Assembly: GCA_963835065.1 (NCBI GenBank)
Contig: CAWIEK010000048.1
Location: 32,001-96,000, forward strand
Direction: 5' to 3'
DNA: 64,000 nt
Source: an uncultured Chthonomonadaceae bacterium
Lineage (GTDB): Bacteria > Armatimonadota > Chthonomonadetes > Chthonomonadales > Chthonomonadaceae
Shown in pieces: positions 1 through 11,336 of the stretch. Within the stretch, counting starts at the first letter, position 1. Every line of letters starts with the position of its first letter. Under the pieces are notes generated by a model. The model saw nothing but the letters and a program-made list of their open reading frames with translations. It made no database searches and had not been told where the DNA came from. The position numbers were made by a program, and so were the translations under genes.

Positions 1-136
1 TGTCGGTATCGCCAATCGTGGACTGATTGTTGACGGCGCTGCCGCCGCCCTGACAGCCCACGACCGCCATTCCCATCACAACCGAAGTCAAGCCCAGCAG
101 ACCGCCCCACAGCAGCTTCAAACGTGGGTGTTGCAT
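1..136 (-). CDS. Lipoprotein, N-terminal part (runs off left edge)
   Basis: Manual translation MQHPRLKLLWGGLLGLTSVVMGMAVVGCQGGGS...: hydrophobic stretch then lipobox VVG-C; AGAGGAG SD upstream; directly downstream of the porin gene. Confidence 0.7.
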   Translation of the reverse strand, partial: MQHPRLKLLWGGLLGLTSVVMGMAVVGCQGGGSAVNNQSTIGDTD

Positions 137-218
137 TGTATTACTCCTCTTTCTTGCTTCTTAAACCTTGTGTTTAACGGCGAGTTTTCACTTCGCGTCT
201 TAACTTTGGGGGAATGTG

Positions 219-1691
219 TTAGAACGAGCGCGATACGTCCACAAAGAGGCGATCCGTGCCGGTGGTTTTGGTCGGAGCGCCGTCAAAACTGTGGTACGCG
301 ATGCGCAGCAGGGTATTGGACAGGAACCGGTAGGCAAATCCCAATTGATAGCCCCGGTAGTCCGTGCCCGCGCCCAGGTCGGAATCGGCAAAGGTTCCCA
401 GGGTCGCGTCGGCAGATACTTCGCGGTACGTGAACCACGCGGTATACGCGCCCCGCGCCGCGCCGCCATTGGTTGCGCCGATTGTCAGGCCATAGCCTTC
501 ATTGCCGACCCTCGCGGAAAAGTTGCGCAGGTAGTCCGCCGTGATGAACGGCTGCAATTTTGTTCCCTTGATGTGCGGCAGCAACTGTCCTGTCAGGTGC
601 AGAATGTCGAACGTGTTGCCGGCGAAGCCAAAGGCGTTGCCATAAGTGTAGTGGTTGTTGGTGGCCTGTACGCCGTTGTTGCGCAGCAGAAAAGCGTTCT
701 GCGCGGTGGACGTGTCAATGCCGAAGCCGGGAATATAGGTTGGAACCAGCAGGCCGGAGTTCAGGTTGTCGTACACCGTGTAGTTGATGGCGCCGCGAAA
801 CACGCCCGCATCCACTTTTAACTGGTTGACAAAGGCATAGGTGTCCGTCGTCAGGCCGGCAAAGCGCTGGCGCTGCGGAATGTTGATGGTAAAGAAGGCA
901 GGCGTAAACACCAGTCCGATAGTGGAATTGTTTTTGGTGAGCGGAAGCCGCAGGGCGATGCCTTCGGGAGCCACGTCATGGTCCCATTCGATTTCATCGT
1001 CCCAGTTGCCGATTTCCGCGCGCCAGATCGGGTTGTCCATCTTGCCGATAGTAAGGGAGGGCGTATTGAACTTGGCCTTGTCGCCGAAGTAGTAGTTCAG
1101 GAAGGCGCGTCCCAAATTGAAGCTTTTGCTGCGGAAGGCATCGCCAAGCGTTACAAAAGGCACTCCGGGGCTTGGGTTCAGTCCCGTTGTGATCTGGAAG
1201 CCACCTTCGGAGCGGTCACTCAGGGGAGCGCCAAAGTTCAGGCGCACCCGTTCGCGGAACGACCCCTGATCCCCAACGGGAATCAAGCCGGTTTGCAGGC
1301 TTCGGGTGGTGGTGTTATCGTAGCGGAACGTAATGTCGCCGCCGATAATAACGGGAGGCTTGTTGCCTGGCGGCGGCGCGGTCTGTCGATCCGGGCGCAC
1401 CACCTGCGGCCCGGTCGCGTTCGGGTTCGGACCATTCGGCCCGGCATTGGGCTGGGTTGTGCCTGCGCCACCGGGTTGTTTGGCATTGAGCGCGTTTTGC
1501 AGGTCAGAAATGGTTTTCTTGTCGGCAGCCTGCGCGTCTTTAAGGCGCTGCTGTTCCTTGAGCAGGGCCTGCACCTGCTCTTCCAGTTTCTTGAGGCGGT
1601 CTCCGTCGGTGTCCTGGGCGCGGGCGGCGCCGCCGACAAAAAGCAGTCCGGCGAGTCCCAAAAGGGCGATCCGGCTCTGTTTCATGCGCAT
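219..1691 (-). CDS. Putative outer-membrane porin (signal peptide, coiled coil, beta-barrel)
   Basis: Signal peptide ending ARA; coiled-coil N-terminus; DSD-x-G-GTDYRG motif; C-terminal Phe (DVSRSF). Confidence 0.7.
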   Translation of the reverse strand: MRMKQSRIALLGLAGLLFVGGAARAQDTDGDRLKKLEEQVQALLKEQQRLKDAQAADKKTISDLQNALNAKQPGGAGTTQPNAGPNGPNPNATGPQVVRPDRQTAPPPGNKPPVIIGGDITFRYDNTTTRSLQTGLIPVGDQGSFRERVRLNFGAPLSDRSEGGFQITTGLNPSPGVPFVTLGDAFRSKSFNLGRAFLNYYFGDKAKFNTPSLTIGKMDNPIWRAEIGNWDDEIEWDHDVAPEGIALRLPLTKNNSTIGLVFTPAFFTINIPQRQRFAGLTTDTYAFVNQLKVDAGVFRGAINYTVYDNLNSGLLVPTYIPGFGIDTSTAQNAFLLRNNGVQATNNHYTYGNAFGFAGNTFDILHLTGQLLPHIKGTKLQPFITADYLRNFSARVGNEGYGLTIGATNGGAARGAYTAWFTYREVSADATLGTFADSDLGAGTDYRGYQLGFAYRFLSNTLLRIAYHSFDGAPTKTTGTDRLFVDVSRSF

Positions 1692-1947
1692 TCTCCTTAA
1701 AATGGGGTGTCCGTCTGAGTGGCGTCATAATGCGCCGCGCGGACTTTGGGTTTGCGTGCGGAAAAGGAAATGGGGTGTTACCAAACTGCGCTGCGAGGCG
1801 CATGAAGTATCGAACTCTATTATGACAAACATTTTTGCGTTTGTCACGCGCTAAACGAGGATATAAAGAATTATTTACGAAAAATTTGTTCCCGACGCTA
1901 AATTTCTTTTGATTGGCAGGTGCGGATATATCGAACGGACTACCATT

Positions 1948-3405
1948 TCACGCGCTTTTAGTCAGCGGAAGCCGCGACTGAGTTTGCGTCAGGTAGGTGT
2001 CTACATTGTGAGCGGCTTCGCGGCCTTCGGCAATGGCCCACACAATCAGGGATTGACCGCGCCGCATGTCGCCGCAGGCATACACGCCCGGTATGCTGGA
2101 AGCGTACTCCCGATTTGTTTTCACATTGCCGCGTCCATCGAATTCCACGCCCACATCGGCAAGCAGCCCTTCCTGCTGCGGATGCACGAAGCCCAGGGCA
2201 AGTAATACCATGTCGGCATCAATGGCAAACTCGGAGCCGGATACGGGTTCCATTTTACGCCGCCCGGTTGTATCGGGCTGTCCCCATTCGACCCGCACAC
2301 CATGAAGCTGCGCGACTTTGCCGTTTTCGCCGCTGAAATGCGTGGTGTGGATGCTCCAATCGCGCTGCCCGCCTTCTTCATGCGCGGCGGATGTACGCAA
2401 AATCATCGGGTAATGCGGCCAGGGCATGGTTTCATCGCGCTCATTGGGCGGCTTGGGCATGATTTCAAACTGGTACACTTCCGAAGCCCCCTGCCGAATT
2501 ACGGTTCCCAGGCAGTCCGCGCCCGTATCGCCGCCGCCCAGGATAACCACTTTTTTGCCTTCGGCTGTCAGCTGCGGCTTGTCCGGCAGCCAGTCGCCCG
2601 CCACTTTTTTATTTTGCTGCGGCAAAAAGTCCATCGCAAAGTGGATACCGTCAAGTTCGCGGCCTGCGACGGCCAGGTCGCGGGGCTTGGTGGAACCGCC
2701 CGCAAGGACAATGGCATCGAACTGCGCCTGCAATTGCGCCGCTGTGATGTCTACGCCCACATTGGTATTGGCCCGAAATTGGACACCTTCCGCTTCCATC
2801 TGCTTCAAGCGACGGTCCAGCACCCATTTTTCCATTTTGAAGTCGGGAATGCCGTAGCGCAACAGCCCGCCGATCTTGTCATCGCGCTCAAAAACGGTGA
2901 CGGTATGCCCGGCGCGGTTCAATTGCTGCGCGGCGGCCAGTCCCGCCGGCCCGGAGCCAACGACGGCAACGGTTTTGCCGGTGCGCTGCGCGGGCGCTTC
3001 GGGTTCGATCCAGCCTTCCGCCCACCCGCGCATTGCCAATGATTCTTCAATACGCCGAATGGTTACCGGTTCCTGATTGATGCCCAACACGCAGGCGGAC
3101 TCGCACGGCGCGGGGCACAGCTTCCCGGTAAATTCGGGAAAATTGTTGGTGGCGTGGAGTTCGTCCAGGGCTTCGCGCCATTTACCCCGGTAAGTTAAAT
3201 CGTTCCAATCGGGAATGATGTTGCCGAGCGGGCAGCCCTGATGACAGAAAGGAATTCCGCAGTCCATGCAGCGCGCGGCCTGTTTACGAAGTTTTTCGTC
3301 GGGAAACTCCTGATACAGTTCGATCCAATCGTGGGTTCGCTCCGCAACCGCCCGGCGGGTCGGCAACTCGCGCCCATATTTCAAAAAGCCTTTCGGGTCT
3401 GCCAT
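1948..3405 (-). CDS. gltD: Glutamate synthase small subunit
   Basis: RCMDCGIPFCHQGCP Fe-S motif, GSGPAG and GGGDTG dinucleotide motifs, GDMRRGQSLIVWAIAEGR. Confidence 0.97.
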   Translation of the reverse strand: MADPKGFLKYGRELPTRRAVAERTHDWIELYQEFPDEKLRKQAARCMDCGIPFCHQGCPLGNIIPDWNDLTYRGKWREALDELHATNNFPEFTGKLCPAPCESACVLGINQEPVTIRRIEESLAMRGWAEGWIEPEAPAQRTGKTVAVVGSGPAGLAAAQQLNRAGHTVTVFERDDKIGGLLRYGIPDFKMEKWVLDRRLKQMEAEGVQFRANTNVGVDITAAQLQAQFDAIVLAGGSTKPRDLAVAGRELDGIHFAMDFLPQQNKKVAGDWLPDKPQLTAEGKKVVILGGGDTGADCLGTVIRQGASEVYQFEIMPKPPNERDETMPWPHYPMILRTSAAHEEGGQRDWSIHTTHFSGENGKVAQLHGVRVEWGQPDTTGRRKMEPVSGSEFAIDADMVLLALGFVHPQQEGLLADVGVEFDGRGNVKTNREYASSIPGVYACGDMRRGQSLIVWAIAEGREAAHNVDTYLTQTQSRLPLTKSA

Positions 3406-3465
3406 GCGTTTTTCAGGGTTCCTCTATCGCGTGTCTCTGTTGTCGAATAGTATTGCAGGCGTAAA

Positions 3466-3489
3466 ATGGGCGCAACGAATTGCGCCCAT
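3466..3489. terminator. Hairpin ATGGGCGCAA-cgaa-TTGCGCCCAT
   Basis: Perfect 10-bp inverted repeat between gltD and the upstream gene. Confidence 0.45.
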
Positions 3490-3543
3490 GCGAAGTTACA
3501 GCAACGTGTAGTGTTAATGATACCTCAAGCGGAGGAAAGTTGG

Positions 3544-4191
3544 TCATTTAAGGTTGGCAATCAGGTCTTCCAGCGCCTTTTTATTGCGCTCCGAGGCGAA
3601 GGGTTTGTTGGGGTCCGGCTGTGCCCCGCCGCCCATGCCGCCCCCGCTTCCACCCATGCCGCCGGGACTGCCCCCACTCATGGGAGCGCCGCCACTGCCG
3701 CCCATGCCTCCACCTCCGCCACCGCCACCGCGCCCGCCGCGCTGCGGGGTCAGGTCGGCAAGCGCCTGTTGCTGGTCAGCGGTCAGCACTTTCTTCACCG
3801 CGTCCAGTTTGGCGGTCGCTTCGGCTTCGGGCAGCGTATCCGCTTTCTGAATGTCTTCCATCAGGGGCAGCAGTTGTTTTTTCTGCTCCGGCGTCAGTCC
3901 CTTGTTCTGGACTTTTTCGACCGTGTTCAGGCTGGACACCAGACGGGTCAGGTCACGTCCCGGATTGGGCGCTCCGCCGCCACCGGGTCCGCCGGCTCCG
4001 CGCCCGCCACCGCCTGGCGCTCCACCGCCGCCCGGACCTCCCGGTGCCGCTGCGCTTGCTCCCGCAGCCGCCGAACCGTGCTGCATCTGCGCATCGCGCG
4101 TCAGGAAGCCCATTGCGCCGCCCAGGGCCAGGCAGATCAGGCCGGACGCGACGGCTGTAGGAACGTTGGGACCTTTCTTAATCATGGTCAT
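3544..4191 (-). CDS. Gly-rich exported/membrane-anchored hypothetical protein
   Basis: N-terminal hydrophobic helix, Gly-rich tracts flanking a helical LTPEQK..LTADQQ core, PNKPF C-terminal motif; AAGGAG SD. Confidence 0.75.
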   Translation of the reverse strand: MTMIKKGPNVPTAVASGLICLALGGAMGFLTRDAQMQHGSAAAGASAAAPGGPGGGGAPGGGGRGAGGPGGGGAPNPGRDLTRLVSSLNTVEKVQNKGLTPEQKKQLLPLMEDIQKADTLPEAEATAKLDAVKKVLTADQQQALADLTPQRGGRGGGGGGGGMGGSGGAPMSGGSPGGMGGSGGGMGGGAQPDPNKPFASERNKKALEDLIANLK

Positions 4192-4287
4192 TCTCCTTTG
4201 AAACAGAACAAGAGCAGGGATAAACGTGTTACGGCAAGGAAGTTCGGCATCGTATTGGGATTTCCCTTCCTAACACCGCCCACATAT

Positions 4288-4459
4288 TTGTCTTGAACCA
4301 TGATTTTCAGGATTTTGATGATTACCATGACTGCGGAGGCGCGTTCCTGATGGTTTTCCTGCCAATCCCAGAATTTCTGCCATGATTTTATCGCGCGGTT
4401 AAAATTGCGCGCTGAAATCATGTTAATCCTAAAATCCTGAACATCATGGTTCAAGACAA
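4288..4459. repeat. Miniature inverted-repeat element, 16-bp perfect terminal IR (TTGTCTTGAACCATGA ... TCATGGTTCAAGACAA)
   Basis: IRs read at 4288-4303 and 4444-4459; internal CATGATTTT/CAGGATT sub-repeats. Confidence 0.8.
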
Positions 4460-5211
4460 GTCCGCCACTCGGCAACGGCCTGTTTATGTTCGGACAGGCG
4501 TTCGGCAAACATTTGCTTGCGCTGCGCGTTGCCCGGCCCGGCGGAAGGGTGTGGCAGGCTGAGAACGAGACGGTCATGGACGCGCAGTTTGTCCAGCAAC
4601 AGTGTTTGCAGGGCGTCCGAAACGCTGCGCCCCAACAGGACAATCAGCGCTTTGCCGATGTGCTGTAGTTCTTCCGGCAGGATGTGTTCAATATGATAGC
4701 GCAAAATGGGCGTTTTCAGCATGTCCGGCGCATACCCGGAATAGTTGCCGCCATTGACGAAAACGGGGTAGCGGATCGCGGCAGACGAGTGCAGCAAATG
4801 CGCGTGGGTGTCGAACAGGGCGGCGGCGGAAGGAGCGCCAATCACATCCGGCACGTTCAGAGCAGCCAGCATGGCAATCAAATTGACGCGGGTTTGCCCC
4901 ACCCACTGCGCCCGCCGTTTCGCCCGTTCCTGTGTTTCCGCGTGTTCTGCTCCCGCCAACAGACAATCGCGGGCTTCCTGATACGCAAGCTGCATGGGCG
5001 CGAAGCCGGGGCAGATACCGATGAGAACCACTTTCGCGCCCGTGTTCACCACGTCAATGGGCGAGTAGTAGATTTCCAGCAGCCCCGCCCGCGTTGTTTC
5101 CTGATGCAGGCGGAATTGCGGCAGCAGCAAGTCGGCTTTGGTCAGTGGCCTGTGGGCGGGCAGAGCGGCGATAGCGGACGCGTAGTGTTCAAAACGGTTG
5201 CCGAGTATCAT
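4444..5211 (-). CDS. Uracil-DNA glycosylase-like superfamily protein
   Basis: VVLIGICPG (motif A-like) and LPHPSAG (motif B-like). Confidence 0.65.
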   Translation of the reverse strand: MILGNRFEHYASAIAALPAHRPLTKADLLLPQFRLHQETTRAGLLEIYYSPIDVVNTGAKVVLIGICPGFAPMQLAYQEARDCLLAGAEHAETQERAKRRAQWVGQTRVNLIAMLAALNVPDVIGAPSAAALFDTHAHLLHSSAAIRYPVFVNGGNYSGYAPDMLKTPILRYHIEHILPEELQHIGKALIVLLGRSVSDALQTLLLDKLRVHDRLVLSLPHPSAGPGNAQRKQMFAERLSEHKQAVAEWRTCLEP

Positions 5212-5236
5212 AAACCTGCTTTAGCGACTGCTTACC

Positions 5237-5292
5237 GAGTCCGCGAGATAAATCTCGCGGCTGTGATAACAAAGTCCGCCTGCGCGGACTAC
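5237..5292 (-). repeat. GTAG-type REP-like palindromic unit, copy 1
   Basis: Minus strand GTAGTCCGCGCAGGCGGACT...; second hairpin CCGCGAGAT-aa-ATCTCGCGG at 5241-5260. Confidence 0.7.
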
Positions 5293-5318
5293 AGCCGTTA
5301 ATTGTGTATCTTGCAGAA

Positions 5319-6038
5319 CTAACTTGCAGACGCATCAACGGCTTTTTCCGCCAGCATCGCTAATGTTCGCAAGTCCGGCACTTCCAGATCGGGCTGCGCG
5401 TCGGCAAGTGGGGTTGCACCCGCGCCCGCTTTGCCTTGCCGCCGGTTGACCCACACAGTAGCGATGCCGAGCGAACGGGCGGGCGCAATATCGTGGTACA
5501 AACTTTGCGCCACGTGCAAGACCTGCTCTTTCGGAACGCCGACATGCGAAAGCATAAATTCAAAGTTGCGCAGGGACGGCTTGTAACTGCCGATTTGCTC
5601 CGCCGTCATCACCTTATCAAAGGAAACCTGCAAATGCGCGGCGGAAACCGCGAACAGATCATCATCCACATTGGTCAGGGGCATGAGTTTGTAGTGTTGA
5701 TGCAGCGAACGCAGCGCGGCAACCGTGTCCGGGAACGGCTTCCAGCCGTCAAACGTGTCAATCAGAACGTCGCGCTCCAACTGCGCATCAAACCCGAACG
5801 CCACCCCAAACTGCTCTGCAACCTCGCGTAAAATATCTTTGTACTTCCGAAACGCTCCCGCTTCGGCCTGCGCTTCATAGCGTCCATAATGCTCCAGAAC
5901 AGCCTCGTCCGTAAGCGTCACGCCCTGCCGCGCCAGAAGGGGCCGCAGTCCCGCCAAAATCCCCGCTTCCCAATCCACCAGCGTTCCATAGCAGTCAAAC
6001 GTCAACACCTTAAATTGTCGCAGGTTCAGAGCTGTCAT
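5319..6038 (-). CDS. Haloacid dehalogenase, type II (HAD superfamily)
   Basis: FDCYGTLVDWE, TNVD, YKP and HVAQSLYHDI motifs; start moved to MTALNL. Confidence 0.9.
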   Translation of the reverse strand: MTALNLRQFKVLTFDCYGTLVDWEAGILAGLRPLLARQGVTLTDEAVLEHYGRYEAQAEAGAFRKYKDILREVAEQFGVAFGFDAQLERDVLIDTFDGWKPFPDTVAALRSLHQHYKLMPLTNVDDDLFAVSAAHLQVSFDKVMTAEQIGSYKPSLRNFEFMLSHVGVPKEQVLHVAQSLYHDIAPARSLGIATVWVNRRQGKAGAGATPLADAQPDLEVPDLRTLAMLAEKAVDASAS

Positions 6039-6110
6039 GCTTTTGTGGTTTCCATGCGATTGGCGTCCATGCAAAGCAAGCGTCCGTGCAATAATATTTT
6101 AATCTTTTTG

Positions 6111-6145
6111 CGCGGCTGTGATAACGAAGTCCGCCTGCGCGGACT
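6111..6145 (-). repeat. REP-like palindromic unit, copy 2
   Basis: 35-bp match to 5256-5290 with one mismatch. Confidence 0.75.
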
Positions 6146-6669
6146 GACGTTGCAACGCTTTTGTTGACTTATATTGCCACTATATTCAACTGCGCTAACC
6201 CGCCTGATTTTGCCGCCAAGAGGTCTGAGTAGGCTGCTCGTCCTCAACCCACCATGCTTCTCCTGTCAGGTCATCCACCCATACGTGAATAGGTTCAGGG
6301 AAAACTTCCATGCCTGAAGGAAGCCAGCTAAAGTCCGGCCAGAAATCAACCCGCCATGCTGCCCGGTTTTCCTGCGTTCTGCGCGCCAAAATAAATTTTC
6401 ATCTTGCCCGTAGCCTCCACCCAAGTTTACTTCCGACATTGGCACAGGGCAGAGTTTTGCCAGGTTTTCCCAAGTCTGCTTCAGGCTCCTGACTCATGAT
6501 CCATGTTCCTTTGCTCTGGCAAGCAATTGAGAGTTGCGAGTCTTGTTTATCAGTGTGTCTTAATGGTGTAGTGCATCTTTTTCCTCCCGCAAACTGTTCT
6601 CGCTTCGGCCTGAAGCGGAACATTCTTGATCAGAATACTCGCTTCCATGCGCTGACGACAGAAAGCTGG

Positions 6670-9600
6670 TTACTTGACGCCCGCAGGCATCTGGTCGGCT
6701 ACGTCTTCCTTGCCGCCGGCTTTGGCGGCCGCGAGTTCCTGCTGTATCTGGCGGTATTCCAGCGATACCACTTTGACGAACTGCGCCTGCGTTTCGGGCC
6801 AGTTCTGGAGGAGGGACGCGCCCCGGTCACTGCGGGTGTACAGGACGTGCCGCTCGATCAGGGTTTTCAATTCGGCTACATCGGCTTCATCCGTGACGGC
6901 TTCCAGCGCGGTCTTGCCGCCGTTGCGGTTGCAGCGGGCGGGGAAGCGGCCTTTGGGGTCCCACACATACGCCACGCCGCCGCTCATGCCCGCCGCGAAG
7001 TTGCGCCCGACTTCGCCCAAAACCACCACCGTGCCGCCCGTCATGTACTCGCAGCCGTGATCGCCCGTGCCTTCCACAACGGCAGTCGCGCCGCTGTTGC
7101 GCACCGCGAACCGCTCGCCCACCACGCCGCGCAAAAACACTTCGCCACTGGTCGCGCCATAAAGCAGCGTGTTGCCCGCGATGATGTTCTCGGCGGGGTC
7201 AAAGGGCGATTGGCGCGGCGGATAGACAATGATGCGCCCGCCCGAAATGCCCTTGCCCAAGATAGTCGTTGGCGTCGCCTTCCAGCGTCATGGTAATGCC
7301 GCGCGCCAGAAACGCGCCGAACGACTGCCCCGCGCTGCCCGTGAATTTCAGGCGAATGGTGTCTTCCGGCAAGCCCTGTTCGCCGTATTTCAGCGCGATA
7401 CGCCCCGACAGCATGGTTCCCACCGTGCGGTTGCGGTTGTAAATCGGCAGTTCGGCGGCAACGGGAATGCCCCGATCCACCGCGCCCTGCGACAAGGCGA
7501 TGAGATGGTAGTCCAGAGCGTCGTCAAGGCCATGCTCCTGCTGCCTGACATGCGACTGCGCGTGTTTGTCCGCGCCTTCCGGCTGCGTGAGAATGGGCGT
7601 CAAATCCAGTCCCCGCGCTTTCCAGTGTTCGATGGCGCAGGTTGCGTCCAGCATGTCAATGCGCCCTACCATTTCGGCAACCGTCCTGAAGCCCAGTTCG
7701 GCCATGATTTCGCGCAGTTCTTCGGCCACGAAGAAGAAGTAATTGATGACGTGTTCCGGCTGGCCCGTAAAGCGCTGCCGCAGAGTTGGGTCCTGCGTGG
7801 CAATGCCGACGGGACACGTTCCCAGATGACACACGCGCATCATAATGCAGCCCATTGCGACAAGCGGCGCGCTGGAAAAGCCGAACTCTTCCGCGCCGAG
7901 CAGGGCGGCAATAGCCACATCGCGCCCCGTTTTCAACTGCCCGTCCGTCTGCACGACGAACGCGCCCGCGCAGGTCGTTTTTGACGAGAGTTTGCTGCGT
8001 TTCCGCCAGTCCCATTTCCCACGGGATGCCCGCGTGCTTGATGCTCGAAACGGGAGACGCGCCCGTTCCGCCGTCATAGCCGCTAATCAAAATGTGGTCG
8101 GCATGGGCTTTGGACACGCCCGCCGCGACCGTGCCGACGCCCACTTCCGCCACCAGTTTGACCGAAATACGCGCGGCGGGATTGACGTTTTTCAGGTCGA
8201 AAATCAACTGCGCGAGGTCTTCGATGGAATAAATGTCGTGGTGCGGCGGCGGCGAAATCAGCGTGACGCCCGGCGTCGTGTGCCGAACGCCCGCGATATA
8301 AGCGTCCACTTTGGTTCCGGGCAGTTCGCCGCCCTCGCCGGGTTTGGCTCCCTGCGCCATCTTAATCTGCAGTTCGTCCGCGTTGACCAGATAATGCGCC
8401 GTGACGCCGAACCGCGCGGACGCGATCTGCTTGATCGCGCTGCGCCGGCTGTCGCCATTGGCTTCGGGCGTGTAGCGGACGGGGTCTTCGCCGCCCTCGC
8501 CCGTGTTGCTTTTGCCGCCCATGCGGTTCATGGCAATCGCCAGCGTCTCATGCGCTTCCCGGCTGATGCTTCCGAGCGACATCGCCCCCGTCACAAACCG
8601 CTTCACAATCTCCCGCGCCGGCTCCACGTCGTCAATTGGAATTGGGCTGCCGACTTTGAATTGCAGCAGACTCCGCAGGGTCGCCAGCGCCTCGCTCGTA
8701 TCATTGACGTGCCTGCTGAACTCCTTAAAGTCGGCAAAGCCCTTTTGAAATGATGAGTGATGAGTGATGAGTGATGAATTGGATTCTGATTCATCATTCA
8801 TCATTCCGCGTTCATCATTTCCCCCCTGCCTTACCGCCTGCTGCAACTGCGCCACCGTATCCGGGTTGTAGGCGTGGTGTTCGCCGAAACGCCGCCACTG
8901 GTACTGCCCGCCCGGATCGAGGTCAATGCTGCCTTTGATGTCCATTTTGGGGTACGCGGACTCGTGGCGGGACAGGCTTTCCTGCTGAATGATGTCCAGG
9001 CCGACGCCGCCCAGACGCGACGGCGTACCGGTGAAATAACGCGCCACCATGTCTTTGTCCAGGCCGATCGCCTCGAAAATCTGCGCGCCCCGGTAGCTTT
9101 GCAGCGTGGAAATGCCCATTTTGGCGAACGTTTTCAGCAGTCCCTTGTTGACGGCTTTGATGAAGTTGATACTGGCTTTGTCCACATTGACTTCGGGCGG
9201 AAACATTTTGTCGCGCCCCATGCTGTCCAGCGTTTCCAGCGCCAGATAGGGGTTGATGGCGGACGCGCCGTAGCCGATGAGAAGGGCAAAGTGCATGACT
9301 TCCCGCGCTTCGCCCGATTCGACGATAAGACCCACGCATGTGCGCGTCCCTTCCCGCACCAGATGGTGATGCACGGCGCTTGTCGCCAGCAGGCTGGGAA
9401 TCGGAGCCGTGTGCGCGTCAATGTCCCGGTCGGACAGAATCAGGAAGCTGTAGCCATCCGCAACGGCGCGGGACGCGGACTTCGCACAGGTTTTGAACGG
9501 CTTTTTCCAGCGCGTCCGGCCCGTCCTCCACGTCGAACCACATCGGCAGGGTTTTGGCGTTGAACTCGCCCGTGCGGACATTGCGCAGTTTTTCCAGCTC

Positions 9601-11336
9601 GAAATTGCGCAGAATGGGCGACTCCAGCTTGAGCATGTGGGCGTGTTGCGGCGTGGCGTCCAGCAGGTTGCCGTCGCTGCCGATGAAGTCCACGAGCGAC
9701 ATGACCAGTTCTTCGCGGATGGGGTCAATGGGCGGGTTCGTCACCTGCGCGAACAACTGCTTGAAGTAGTTGTACAGCAATTGCGGGCGCCTGGACAAAA
9801 CGGCAATCGGCGTGTCCGTGCCCATGCTGCCCAGTGGCTGCTCGCCATTCGTCGCCATCGGGTACAAAATCAGGCGAATGTCTTCCAGCGTATAGCCGAA
9901 CACCTTCTGGCGCGTGAGCAGGGTTTTCTCGTTAGGCAGATGGATGAATGGCGGTTCGGGCAGGTTGTCCAGCGTGATGCGGTTGGCGTCCAGCCACTCT
10001 TTATAAGGATGCTGCGTACAGAGTTCGCGCTTGATCTCGTCGTCGCTGACGATGCCGCCGCTGACTCAGGTCAATCAGGAACATGCGCCCCGGCTGCAAG
10101 CGGCCTTTTTGCACGACGTGGGCCGGGTCGATATCCACAACGCCCGTTTCCGACGCCAGAACCACAAGATCATCGTCCGTGACGCAGTAGCGGGCGGGGC
10201 GCAGGCCGTTGCGGTCCAGCAACGCGCCGATCATGCGCCCGTCCGTGAAGCAAACCGCGGCGGGGCCGTCCCAGGGTTCCATCAGGCAGGCGTGGTACTC
10301 GTAAAACGCGCGGCGCTCGTCGTCCATGCCCGGATCGCCGGTCCACGCTTCCGGCATCAGCATCATCATGGCGTGCGGCAGGCTGCGCCCGCCCAACGTC
10401 AGCAGTTCGACGGCGTTATCCAGAGCGGCGCTGTCGCTGCCGGACTTGTTGATGAGCGGCAGCAGTTTCTTGATGTCGTCGCCGAACAGTTCGGAGGACA
10501 GGGATTTTTCCCGCGCGCTCATCCAGTTGCGGTTGCCGCGCAGGGTATTGATTTCGCCGTTGTGGGCGATGTAGCGGAAGGGATGCGCCAGATCCCAGGT
10601 CGGGAAAGGTGTTGGTGGAAAACCGCTGATGCACCAGCGCGAGGGCGGTGGTCGTGCGCAGGTCGCTCAGGTCGAGATAATAGGCCGCCATCTGATGCGT
10701 CATCAGCAGGCCCTTGTAAACAATGGTGCGGCACGACAGGCTGTTGACGTAAAAATAGCCTTCCTGCTCCAGGCACAATTCCACAATGGCGTTCTGAACG
10801 CGGCGGCGGATGAGGTACAGTTTGCGCTCGAAAGCGTCTTCATCGGCAATGTCCGCGCTGCGCCCGATAAAAATCTGCCGGATGACCGGTTCGACCGTTC
10901 GGGCCAGAGCGCCGATTTTGGCGTGATTGATCGGCACGTCGCGCCAGGCGAGAACGGTCTGCCCTTCTTCCCGTACAATCTGCTCGAAAATCTGCTCATA
11001 CGTGGCGCGTTCGTCGTCTTTGGTGGGCAAAAACAACATGCCCACGCCGTACTCGCCGGGGGCAGGCAAAGCGATGCCCTGTCCCTGCAATTCATCGGCA
11101 AAAAACTCATGCGGAATTTGAAACAGGATGCCCGCGCCGTCGCCCGTATCCGGGTCGCTGCCGGTCGCGCCCCGATGTTCCAGTTTGCGCAGCACGTCCA
11201 AGCCCTGCTTGATGATGGCGTGGGATTTATGGCCTTTGATATGCGCGACGAAGCCGACGCCGCAGGCGTCGTGTTCAAACTGCGGGTCGTACAATCCATG
11301 CGCGGGGGGCAGTTGGCCGGGTTTGGCTTGTTCCAT
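6670..11336 (-). CDS. gltB: Glutamate synthase large subunit (broken by several frameshifts)
   Basis: Consecutive ORF pieces carry [53 protein letters not shown] and [10 protein letters not shown]. Confidence 0.95.
8748..8820. repeat. Heptamer-repeat palindromic element in-frame within gltB
   Basis: (TGATGAG)n arm and (TTCATCA)-like arm; encodes [23 protein letters not shown]. Confidence 0.85.

Noticed and set aside
3544..4191. GGC-rich tracts as non-coding repeats (also 35820-35930)
   Set aside because: They encode ordinary Gly-rich protein linkers and tails
6195..6623. Short minus-strand ORFs just downstream of gltB
   Set aside because: Possibly a broken accessory gene, but no recognisable motif or consistent frame
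6670..11336. Programmed frameshifting or true pseudogenisation of gltB
   Set aside because: Same scattered indel pattern as essential rpoB; no consistent slippery motif
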